Source of the DNA: Chiloscyllium plagiosum
Taxonomy: Eukaryota
Direction: 5' to 3'
Assembly (NCBI RefSeq): GCF_004010195.1
Contig: NC_057720.1
Coordinates: 29,486,125 to 29,550,124 of the forward strand
Length of the DNA stretch: 64,000 nucleotides
The notes under the pieces are model-generated. The model was not told where the DNA came from and made no database searches. It saw nothing but the letters and a program-made list of their open reading frames with translations. Positions 1 to 11,869 of this stretch are shown here, piece after piece (position 1 is the first letter of the stretch; the number at the start of each line of letters is the position of its first letter). A program made the position numbers and the translations under genes.

Positions 1-153
1 TCTTTTCTCAACTGTACCAGTCTCAGATTGATCTCTTTCCTCACTATCTCCCTGGGTCCCACACACCCCACCCCCACCTTAATAGTTTAAATCCTCCCAA
101 GCAGTTCAAGCAAATCTCCTTGCCAATATATTAGGCCCCTTCCAATTCAGGTG
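1..153 (-). mobile_element. CR1 LINE fragment (ORF1/ORF2 junction region)
   Basis: Highly similar to 62405-62555 of the CR1 at the end of the window. Confidence 0.75.
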
Positions 154-224
154 TTTTTTAAATAGTTCACCTTCATTGCTTTCTATTTGATAAGCTGTTT
201 ACCAAAACACACCCCCAACAGCTT

Positions 225-3145
225 GGAGGCAATGGCTTAGTTTTATTATTACTTAATTATTTATCCAGAAACTCAGATAATGGTCTGGGAACCCAGGTTT
301 GAATCCCTCCGTAATTGTTGGTGGAATTTGAATTTAATTAAAAACTGAAATCAAATGGTGACCAGCAAATCTTTCCAACCAATTGTTGAAAAACCTTATC
401 TGATTCACTAATCTTCTTCAGGGAAGGAAATTACTGCCCTTACATGGCCAGGGCTGTAGGTGACTCCAGATCCACAGCAATGCAGTTGACTCCTAACTGC
501 TCTCCAATATAACCTAACCACGTAACCACTCAGTCATAACTAATTGCTACAAAGTCTCAAAATAAGGACTGAGACCAGACAGACCACCGGGGATTGACCT
601 CGAAAATGGAATCGTCAACGACAAAGACAGCCTCACTAAAGTCCTCCTCACTAACGTCTGGGGGTGAATGCCAAAATTGGGAGAACTATCTCACAGATTA
701 ATCATGCCTGAGATAGCCGTACATACACACAATTTCCCAGATATCACCTGGATATATCCTGTCTCATCAGCAGGACAAACCCCACAGAGGTGGCAGCACA
801 GTGGTATACAGTCAGGAGAGAGCTGCCCTGGGAGTCTCATAGCCCCAGGTTAAACATGGGCAAGGAAACCTCCTGCTGATTACCATGTACCATTCTGCTT
901 CAGCTGAAGAATCAGTGCTCCTCTGAGTTGAATGACTCTTGGGGAAAGCACTGAGGGTGGAAAAGGCTCAGAATCTACTCTGGGTGGGGGATTCCAATAT
1001 TCATCATCAAGTGGCTTGGCAGCAGCATGACTGATATAGCTGGTCAGGTCCTGAAGTGCATTGCTGCTGGAACTGGGTTTGTGGCAGGAGGTGAGGGAAT
1101 CAGCAAGAAAGAAAAACATACTTGACCTCAGCAATCTGCCTGGCACAGAAGCATCTGTCCCTGACAGTATCAGAAGAGCGACCACTGTGCAGTCCTTGCG
1201 GAGATGAAGTCCTGTCTTCCCACTGAGAATATCCCCCATCACGTTGTGTGGGGCTATCACTGTGCTACATGGGACAGACTTCAAACAGGGTCTAGTAATT
1301 CAAGACTATGAGTCAGCGACAGAAAAACTGTGTTTCAGCAAAACTACACCCTCATGGCCCAGCATATCCCCGGCTCAATTGTTAACATCCAGCCAGGGTG
1401 TCAACCCTCGTTCGTTGGAGAGTGCTAGAGGACATGACAACAGCAGCACTGGGCATACCTGAAAGTACCGTGTCAACCTGGTGAAGCTACACAACAGGAC
1501 TATTTGCATGCCAAACAGCATAAGCAGCAAGTAATAGACAGCGCGAAACAATCCCACAGCCAGACTTAAAATCAGATCTAAGTTCTGCAATTCTGCCACA
1601 TTCAGCTGTAAAGGGTGGTGGACAATTAAATTACTTATTAGAGGAGAAAGCTGCACAAACATCCCCGTCCTCAATGATGGAGGTGACCCAACACATCAGT
1701 GGGAAAGAAAAGGCTAAAGCATTTGTAACAATCTTCAGCTAGGTGTGTTGAGTAGGTGATCCATCTTGGCCTCCTCTAAAGGTCCCCAGCATCACAGATA
1801 CCAGTCTTCAGCCAATTCAATTCACTCCATGTGATTTCAAGAAACAGTTGGAAGCACTGGACGCTGGAAAGGTTGTGGGCCCTGACAAGATTCCAGCAAC
1901 AGACTTGTGCTCCAAATGTGCCAACCCATAGCCAAGCTCTTCCAGTACAGTTACACCACAACAATGTGGAAATTTTTCCAGATATGTCCAGTACATGAAA
2001 AGCAGAACAAACCCAGGAGGGTCAATTACTCTCCCTTTGGTCCATTCTCGATCATCAGTACAGCAACTGAAGGTGTCATCAACAGTGCTAGCAAGCAGCA
2101 TCTGCTCAGCAGTAAAGGTAAAATCACTATAGTCCTATCAGACCATAGGGCTGCTTTTCCATTCAAGAGAGATGGCTGGTGGTAACCTGGTATCTTGAGT
2201 GTCATCAGGTGTCTGGCAAGAAGAGAGGTTGAGAAGGCAAATCCTTCATGTAACCACAGACAATGTGGGAATTGAGCCCACTGTGTTGGCATCACTCTGC
2301 ATTGCAGACCATTGCTGAGCTAACCAATCCCATGCTCAGCAATGACCTGCTTACTGATGCCCAGTTTGGGTTCTACCAAAACTACTCAGCTCCTACCTTA
2401 ATTACTGTCTGGGTTCAAATATGGACAAAAGAGCTGAGTTCCAGAGGTGAAGTAAGACTGACCTCCTTGATATCAAGGCCACATTCATCTTAGTGTGGCA
2501 TCAGAGAGTCTTACTGAACGTGGAATAAATGGGAATCAGGTGGCAAACTCTCCGCTGGTTGGAATCATACCTGGCACAAAGGAAGGTGGTTGTGGTTGTT
2601 GGAGTTCAGTCATCTCAGCTCCAAAACAGGACTTCTTTAGGGAGTGTCCTTGGCCCAAACATCTTCAGTTACTTCATCAATGACCTTTCCTACATCAAAT
2701 TATCAGAAATGGAGATGTACGCCAATGATTGCGCAATGTTCAGCATCATTCATTGACTCCTCAGATATTGAAGCAGTGCATGTATAAGTGCAGAAGTCCT
2801 GTGCAATATTCTGACTTGGGCTGAAAATTGTCAAACAATATTTGTGAGTTGCAAATGCCAGGTAATAACCATCTCCAATAAAAAAAAAAGATTTAACCAC
2901 TTCCTTTTACTTTCAATGGCATTGCCATCACTGAATTCCCCAGTATCAACATCCTGGGGGGTTACCATTGACTAGAAACTGATCTGGATTTTCCATATAA
3001 ATATAATGGCTACAAGCCCAAGTCAGAGGCTAGGAATAACTCTCCTCCTGACTCCTCAAAGTCTGTCCACCATCTATGTGACGCATGTCAGGAATGTGAT
3101 GGAATATCTTCCCTTGCCTGGATGACTGCAGCTCTGATATCACTC
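225..3145 (+). mobile_element. Old degenerate CR1-clade LINE with tRNA/SINE-like 5' head
   Basis: Frame-shifted endonuclease (GDSNIHH ~988) and RT motifs (DAQFGF, LGPNIFSYFINDL, MYANDC = YADD box in ORF 2529-2756). Confidence 0.75.
2113..2330 (-). mobile_element. SINE inserted in the LINE
   Basis: Interrupts the RT; reverse-complement homologue at ~19274-19482. Confidence 0.55.
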
Positions 3146-3149
3146 ATAG

Positions 3150-3430
3150 TATGTAGGCATCACTGACTAGGCCAGTATTTATTGTCCATCATTAATAGTC
3201 ATTTAAGAAGTAAATTGTGCTGCCTTTTTGAACTGCTGCGGTCTTTGTGGTGTAGGAAAGGTATTTTAGGACATTATTCTAGCAACAGTGAAAAACTGCC
3301 AATATAATTTCACATCAGGAAAATATGCAGCTTGACAGCAACTTGCAGGTTGTTGATGTCCCCCTGGATCTGCTACCTTGTCCTTCTGGTTGGTAGAGAT
3401 CACAGTTTTGGAAGATGAAGATCAGGAGTT
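3150..3430 (-). mobile_element. 3' end of old CR1-clade LINE
   Basis: Homologous to 20330-20760 and, in opposite orientation, 7400-7605. Confidence 0.6.
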
Positions 3431-4871
3431 GGGAAGCCAGTATCAGTCATCAAGGATATGGGTGAAAAGTGGATGGGACTAAATGCTATACAACACTGTG
3501 TATAGCAGTGTTGGAAAAATGAAAGTTTCTGAAGGATGACTGCTTGAAAGTTCTCAAAGAGAATATTGAATCGCTCAAATAAAAAGGTGACAAAATCATT
3601 TATAACACCATTAGATAGCTTAAAATAGGGTAAAGGCAAGCACTATTGCTGAGGTAGGAATAAATGGTCTTCATCATCGCTTCAGTTTCAAACCCTTTTC
3701 ACGGCCAAAGAGCATAATAAAATTGAGAATACAAGCAAAATGGAGAGATGAATTGGTGGCAAGGGATTTGTGTTTGTCATGTGAGTCAGTCTTCTTAACA
3801 TTGAGGTGGAAGAAGTTGCAGCTTGCCCAGGGAATCATTGTGGGATAATGTTATGAATTGTGAGTTTCTTTTATCCTGCTCACATTTTCCCAAACTCTGG
3901 ATTCTGGTTTAGCACATCATTCAGATGCTTTATTGTTATATGTCAGTGCAGTTGTAGAGTCTATTTGCAGTGATTAACCATCTGGTGTTTGCATTTTTTA
4001 ACAAAATGCTACCTTCAGTGAAGCCCCAATATTCCCGCTATCACTAAGAAGTAAATGTTCATCAGTCTTGTTAGTTTAATTCCAACACCAGAAAAGAATC
4101 ATTACTTTTTATTTTGAGGCTATTAATCTGCAACAGCAAAACACATTGATATCCAGGTTTTAATATAATTAAAAATGTCCCAAGATACTTTACAAGTGCA
4201 TAATGAGACAAAAATTGACATTGAGCAGTGAGCTAAGAAGGAGCCAATAAGACAAGTGACCAAAAGCTTACTCAACGAGCTAGACTGTAAGCAAGTGTGC
4301 TAGAGGAGATAAGAGAGATTGACAAGTTTAGGAGGAAATTTCAGACCTCACGGCCGACAAAAGACCTTTAGTTTCAATGATCATAATGTTTAATATTTGC
4401 ATAAAGGCTGTTTTACATCTCTTTTCAAATTTGAAACAAATCAATTACAATTAATGCTGTCTATGAGAACCTTTGCATTAATCATTCATTTTTATGAGTA
4501 TTTGTAACTTATGCTTAGAAAAACGTTTTATAGAGAAATGTGTTTGGATAACAATGTTAAGCAGACTTAGCTCAATTTCCTGGCTCACACAATGCTACGG
4601 ATCACTACCTTCACAACCAGCATTGTTTACCTCAATTCTAACCGTTGGGGAAATCAAAGCAAGTACACGTAATAGAATTGGCACAACACAAACTTTACTC
4701 CCTTTATGCATGGTGATACCTCCTCTTGGAAGTCATAAAAGTTTACCGTATAGAATGAAAAATACTTGACTCACCTCCCTATTTCTTCCAAAAGTTTAAT
4801 AGTGTTAAAATTGTTGAGTGCTTGACTTGCTATTTACAGAAACCAGATAATTAGGCAGGATAAAATGATCT

Positions 4872-5369
4872 AGGAGAGAGTGAAGACTGCAGAGGCTGGA
4901 GCTCAGAGTCGAGAGTGTCGTGCTGGAATTGACGTTTTGGGCTTAAGCCCTTCATCAGGAATTTGTCCTGATTAGATTAGATGACTTACAGTGTGGAAAC
5001 AGACCCTTTGGCCCAACAAGTCCACATCGACCCGCCACCCACCCAGACCCATTCCCCTACATTTACCCCTGCCCCTAACACTACGGGCAATTTAACATGG
5101 CCAATTCACCTAACCTGCATGTTTTTGGACTGTGGGAGGAAACCGGAGCACCCGGAGGAAACCCATGCAGACACGGGGAGAATGTGCAAACTCCATACAG
5201 TCAGTCATCTGAGGCGGGAATTGAACCCGGGTCTCTGGCGCTGTGAGGCAGCTGTGCTAACCACTGTGCCACTGTGCCGCCCACAATGTAGGGCTTATGC
5301 CTGAAACATCGATTCTCCTACTCCTCGGATGCTGCCTGACCCGCTGTGCTTTTCCAGCACTACGCTCCC
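4872..5369. mobile_element. Short Penelope-derived inverted-repeat element, split by a HE1 SINE
   Basis: Penelope pLTR sequence in both orientations; 16-bp TSD caggataaaatga(t/c)ct at 4856-4871 and 5370-5385. Confidence 0.75.
4970..5284 (-). mobile_element. HE1-type tRNA-derived SINE
   Basis: gggcggcac...gtggttagcac A box, ggttcaattccc B box, central gtttgcacattctccccgtg domain, (atcta)n tail. Confidence 0.9.
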
Positions 5370-6559
5370 CAGGATAAAATGACCTCTATGTCCAATCATC
5401 GATTCCATTTTCTTATCAAATGGATAAGGCAATTATATAATGGTGTATAAGGCTTGAAAGGGTTAATTGAGGAATGTAAACATGATTCTGCCCATTGATA
5501 TATAAGTGGCAATCTCTGGAAAGAGCTAGCCAGTCTTCAGTCATAATCTATATAATCTATATAATCTATAGTCATGTAGTTTAGATCTGGCTTCTATCTT
5601 TTAGAAGATAACAAATCTCTCACTAAGTGTTAATGTCATTTCCTAGTCTTATTTTCTTATGAAGTGCTATTCTCCTATCATGTAATAAACCATTCTTGTA
5701 ACTCAAGAGTGTGTCTCTTCTGCCACGACATCCACATGGTTATCTTTGCAGTTCAGGATGCCTTCAACTAGTGCTAGAAATGGCAGCTTTCTTACTCAAG
5801 ACCTTTATGTGTCTTTATGGTGGAAAGTTAGCTCAACTCCCCCTTACCAAAAGGTGTCAACTGCAGGTATCTCTGTCAACAGGGGGCTTGCAAACAATAT
5901 CCCTTTAAATTCAGCAAAACAACATTTAAACAGGAAGCCAAATATTTAATAGTGAGGAGTAAAATGTTGTGGATTTTGAGCATGCCAAGAATTAAATTTG
6001 GACAAGCTCATTTGATTGAAAGTCATAGAAGCTGTCTTTTTACTGTCACTCTGGATTATGGTTTTTCTTTAGCTAATTTATAATAATGTACAATAGCTCT
6101 TTGAAGTAGTCTAGTTTATATCAGTGAGCTTTTAACCCCAATGACAATTAATCAATGGTTAATTTTACAAAGTGGGGTTTCATTAAGTGTATCTTTCAAA
6201 AATCATTTACATTTTCTCTTTGAGTTCATAATATTTTCGGCCATGTGAGAGAGACAAGACATGTGTTCCCAAAATGTGACAATTCTAATTGATGTGATAT
6301 CTTTTTTGATTCAGTCCCCAGTGTTACATCCTTTCTAAGAGGTGATTATTTCTTCTTTCTTCTTTATAAAGTAGCTGAATTGAAATTCACCATGTGGTAT
6401 CATTGGTATGAGACTGAATTCCATGTTCTGGATTTCAGAGTCAGCAATGAAGTATTGGTACTTACTGAAGACCTGGTCAAAAGCTGCACACAAAAACCTA
6501 GCAATTATAGGGCATGAATTTCCATTTTCTTCACATCAGTTTAAATCTAGTTCCAAGCC

Positions 6560-7605
6560 AAGTGGATCTCTAGCATTCAGCACCGTTTACTACTCCTCAG
6601 ATACTGAAGCAGTCTATGTTCTTCTGCAGCAAGATCTCAAAGGTAGACAGCTTGGCTGATAAATGGACAGCTATGTTCTTGCCAGACAAATGCCAGGCAA
6701 ATGAGCATCTCCAGTGAGAGAATCTAACTATATCTCCTTGATGTTCGATCACTGAATCCCCACATTTGAACTTCTGGTTATTAGCATTGATCAGAAACTA
6801 AACTGAACTAGTTATGTAAAATCTGTGATGATTAGACTGACTCAGAAGCTGATAATTCTGTGAGATGACTCACCTCCTGACTCCTCAAAATCTTTTCACA
6901 TATTTACAAGGTACAAGAAAAGTATGTGATGATTTGATGAAATATTTCTTACTTTCCTAGAAGGGTGCAACACCAGCAACATTCAAGAAGCTCAGTACCA
7001 TGCAGGGCAAAGCAGGCTGTTTGATTGTCACTTCATCCACCACCTCAAACATTCATTCCCTCCACCATTGACACTCAGTGTCAACAGGATGTATCATCTA
7101 CAAGATGCACAACTCATCAAAAGCTCCTTTGACAGCACCCGCCAATTACATAACTTCCACCAACTAGCAAGGTAGCCAGAAGACCTCTCCTATTTGTCCG
7201 TCTGGATGGATGAAGAAACGAAGAACTGGAGATGCTAGACATCAAACAAAAACAGAGATTGTTGAAGAAACTCAGCAGGTGTAGCAACATCTGTGGAGAG
7301 AAAACTGAGTTAATGTTTTGAATCCAGTGACCCTTCTTCAGAATGGTCATGGTAATAGTAATGTTAACTCTGACTTCTCTCCACGGATGCTGCCAAACCT
7401 CCTAGGTGGAAGTGGTTGTGGGTATGGAAGGTAAATTTACCAACGCTCCCTTGAAAACATTTCTCAAATCTATGACCATCTCGAAGGTCAAGGGCAACAG
7501 ATGCAAGGGAAGACCACAAGCAGTAATTCCCACCATGTCACGCATGATCCTGACTTGGAAATATAATTGCTGTTCCTTGAGTGTCATTGGCTGAAAATCC
7601 TGGAA
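6560..7605 (+). mobile_element. Old CR1-clade LINE 3' half, interrupted by a Penelope-derived hairpin at ~7220-7400
   Basis: Homologous to 2750-3140 and 58300-59000. Confidence 0.65.
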
Positions 7606-8440
7606 GTCAAAAGTGTGGTGCTGGAAAAGCACAGCAGGTTAGGCAGCATCCGAGGAGCAGGAAATAGCCCTTCATCAAGAATGATGCGGGGGGCGTCGGG
7701 GGGGGAGAGATAAGTGGGAGGGGGGTGGGGCTGAAGCTAAGAGTGCGATAGGTAGGTGGAGGAGGAGGTAATAGTGATAAGTCAGAGGGGAGGGTGGAGT
7801 GGATAGGTGGGAAGCAAGATAGACAGGTAGGTCAGGTCATGAAGGCGGTGCCAAGTTGGAATGTTGGAACTGCGATAAGGTGGGGGAGAAGAAATAAGGA
7901 AACTGGTGAAATCCACATTGACGCTGTGGGGTTTGATGGTCCAGAGGTGGAAGATGAGGTGTTCTTCCTCCAGACGTCGGGTGATTAGGGAGTGGCGATG
8001 GAGAAGGCCCAGGACCTGCATGTCCTTGGCGGAGTGGGAGGGGGAGTTGAAATGTTCGGCTATGGGGTGGTGGGGTTGATTGGTGCAGGTGCCCCAGAGA
8101 TGTTCTCTGAAGGGCTCTGCAAGTAAGCGTCCTGTCTCCCCAATATAAAGACCACCACAGATTAAGTAAATGATATGTGTGAAAGTTCAGGTGAAACTTT
8201 GATGGATGTGGAAGGCTCTTTAGGGCCGTGGATGGAGGTGGGAGGGGAGGTGTGGGCACAGGTTTTGCAATTCCTGTGGTGGCAGGAGAAGGTGCTGGGA
8301 GGGGAGGGTGGATTCAGTCGGTTCTGTAGGCAGGCATTGAGGAAGGAGATGTGGCTGTGGTAGCGAGTCTGCTTCAGGACATGGTAGAAGAGCTTTGGAG
8401 CAGAAGATACGACCTGCAGTGCAGTGAGAGGGTTCCTGAA
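7606..8440 (-). mobile_element. Penelope-like element 3' part (GIY-YIG endonuclease remnant and pLTR)
   Basis: MQVLGLLHRHSLITRRLEEEHLIFHLWTIKPHSVNVDFTSF; same family as 25495-26325 and 48120-48903. Confidence 0.85.
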
Positions 8441-9149
8441 AATCCCGGAACTTCATCCTTAATGGCATTTTGAGTCTACCTACAGCACGTGTTCTGGTTA
8501 GTAAAATGCAACAAATGTGTAGAAAGACTAAAGCAGGTTTACAGAATTTGTTGTTGTTAGCCCCAGTAAAAATTAACCCAGTGGCACTGGTCAAATTTTG
8601 CTTACTGGGCTACACTTTGCTGCATGTAATATTTCAGGTTGCAAACATATTCACAAGTGCTTTCAGTACATAATGTCTTGCATTAACACCTCAAAAAATC
8701 CGAAAATGTTATGAAAGATATCATGATTTCTCTGCATGTAGTGAGCTGCAGGGTTACTTTGGCACCTTGTAATAACTGGTTATCACCAATACCAGATTGA
8801 CTGTAGCTCTGTCAATGGTGATTGATAGGTACACTGCGTGGTGAGGGTTCAAGAGAGTGCCAGTGAGGGAAGGGCTTGGGAGAGAACAGGTGAGGGCTCT
8901 GTAGAGAGTTGGTGAGTGATTGGGTCAGAGGACAGAATGGACCAGAGATGGACATATGACTAAGCTCAGGAGAAAGCCAGTCTTGGGGCAATGTAGAAAG
9001 CAGGTCAATGCAGACGGGAGGGCTCAGAACAGTGATGTTAGAGCTCCTGCAGTGTGCAGGGCACACCAGAGAGGGTGTCAGTCTGAGCAAGCCATATCAC
9101 TATTTGTGCAGATGCAACGGACGTTGGCTGGCAATAATACATTAATGAT

Positions 9150-9565
9150 ATTACACACTTCCTGAAAGATAGCATTTGCATGCATTTGGAAAGGCAAGGA
9201 CTGATTACGGATAGTCAGCATGGTTTTGCGTGAAGGAAATCGTGTCTCACAAACTTGTTTGCATATTTTGAGGAAGTAATCAAAAAGATTGATGAGGGCA
9301 GAGCAGTAGACATTGTTTGCATGGACTTTAGTAAAGCCTTTGATAAGGTTCAGCGTGGGAGATGAATTAATAAAGTTAGATCACATGGGATTCAGAATGA
9401 GCCTGCCAGATGGATAGAAATCTGGCTTTATGGTAGGAGACAGAAGGTGGTGGTGAAGAGTTATTTTTCAGACTGAAGGCCTGTGACCAACAATGTTCCA
9501 CAGGGATCGGGACTAGGTCCACTTTTGTTTGTCATTTATAGAAATGATTTGGATAAGATTTTAGG
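9150..9565 (+). mobile_element. CR1 RT fragment
   Basis: SQHGF..KSCLTNL, MDFSKAFDKV, VPQGS.LGPLLF motifs. Confidence 0.85.
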
Positions 9566-10259
9566 AGAAGAAGTGGTCAGAATTGGAAAACTTAGTTTGT
9601 TATAATGGCCCAGAGTAAACAGAGGCCAGCTATTAATACCTTCTTAACCCAGAATCTTTCCCTACAGCAAATACAGCAGAGTCTGTCATGCCAGAGTGGC
9701 GGCTCTTGAGGCAGACCAGGCCACAATTAACAGAGGTATGTTCATCATGATGCAAAACCATCACCTCAAAAGATAGAAGCTGCCGAAGAGAACCAGACCT
9801 TAAGGGTATTGAAAATATCGTTTGATGTTCACGTGTGATTTCGCAAGTCAGAATATCAATCTTCAGTGGAATCATATTCTTCTTTAGCTGTTTCACTTAA
9901 ACAAATGGTGCACATGAAAATACCAGTTAGTCTACGTAGCCTACATCACATGGTCATGGTGCTTTAACTGTTCATAATTTTCCATGATGTAGGTATATAA
10001 CCTAGAGATAATATTTTACACAAAATAAATAACTTAAGTGGAAAAAGTGTTGGAAATTCCTTCCTAATCCAGAACTAGACTAAGCTTTCCATGATTTTCA
10101 TTTGTGCTGGGATCTCAGCGTTAGCCTGAGACAGTTACTAAAATTAGTTTAGTTATTGGTTTTCCTTAGCTTTGGTCTCCCTGCTGCATGCAGCTTTGTT
10201 CAGTTGAATAGGTCAACAGGGAATTTGTACTTGTGCTTCTATCGATCTTATATTTGAAC

Positions 10260-10800
10260 TGGCCAGACTGAAGTGGGGAAGAACCACTTAATTTAGGTGT
10301 CTGTCTGATCTTGTTTCCATTATTTTGCAGATGTGACCGGCATTCTCTTGGTCCCTTTCCTAGCTGTATCGGCTGAGATCAGAATGTAACAGAACATTTC
10401 ATTACATTTTACTCTGGTGATTGTTAAATAGGACATGAAATGGACTTTGTCGGGAGGAAAAGGATTCATAGTGTCCCTGATTCCACTGTGATACATGTTC
10501 AAATAAAAAGGGATTAGGAGGCATATGAGTACTGCAATAAAGACCACAAAGGGAAGTGATTTTGGAAGATGAGGGTAGGAGTGCAATGCTGAAATATCAA
10601 CTTCTGATGACATAGCGAAGAAAATATAAGAAACAAAGGCTCACTGGAGTGACAGAAAATGAGGATGTAAAATGGAATTTCTGTCTGGAAAAACTTTCTC
10701 CAGTAAGGCAGGATGAGAAGCTTAAAATCCATTCACTGGAAAAGCCATCAATGAATTGAGGCAGAACCTCTGCTGATTGCAACATTGCGGCCCTCAATAT
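10260..10800 (-). mobile_element. Old CR1 3' fragment
   Basis: Decayed RT C-terminal sequence. Confidence 0.45.
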
Positions 10801-11869
10801 CCTATAGTGTTCACTTTAAAAGTTTGGATTTAATTAAAAAGATGGAAGCAAAAGGAAAACCATAGATAACTTTCCCCAGCAAATATAGATTGATAACCAA
10901 GATAAACATACTAATGTTGTTATGATTGAAGTGCAGAAGAGTAAGGTGTGGTTAAATATGACAAGTTAAAGTAAAAAATGATGTAAAGACATGTATTTTT
11001 GTTTGTCAGCACGATTATGGAAAGCAACTGACGGACAATCAGAATTTCAATCCCATTTCATGTATGACAATAGTAGGTAAAGAATGACCCATAAAATGAG
11101 GAAAATAAAGAAATGACTTGAATTATTATAGCATGTAGCAGCTTTCAATATTATGCAACATTTCACACCAATGAAGTGCTTGCAAATGTAATTATTGCTG
11201 ATGTGTCGGTGAATGTGGTACATATAATGGCTGAAACATGTGATGATGCATTGGAGCTGTATCAGGCTGAAGTGGGTACTTGAAATAAGTGTGTAAGGTA
11301 ATGCCTGGAAATTTTCTTCAATTGATTTTGCCAAACTTTGCAAAGTCAATGAGACAACATCACATTTCATGCAGGGCAGGAAAGAGCCACTGGAGGCGTT
11401 TACTTTATGTCTGTTTGCTGTACCTGGAAATCTGTTTGTTGATAGGGACAGACATTGCAGCCCTCTTGAAACAATGCTTTAATAGCAGTCTATTACAGCA
11501 GACATTTTATAAAATTTGTTTTCCTAGGCAGCTCAGTCCTTTTGACCAAACCTTGAATTCAGTGATGGGTACAACCTTGGGGTTCTACAAGGAAGCCCAA
11601 TAGAGTTCATCTCCATTGACCCTCCCCCTCCCTCAAAACCCCATTGAATTTTAGGCTCAATGAAATGAACAAGGTTACTGATTTATGCTTTTGCTGTAAG
11701 CATAGATATTATCACATCATTCATATCCAAATGAGATGTCAATACATGAGAATGTTCTCTGTCACCCTTAGAAAGATTGTGCAACCCAAGATATTCCAAA
11801 GGTCAAATGAGTGTACTCATACAATCCTTTGATTATATTTATAGGAACATACTTCCTCAAAGATCTCTG

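Noticed and set aside
4970..5284. tRNA gene-like A/B boxes (also 38439-38747)
   Set aside because: They are SINE heads followed by SINE body and tail, not tRNA genes
5543..5570. (ataatctat)-type short tandem repeat
   Set aside because: Three-unit simple repeat with no further structure
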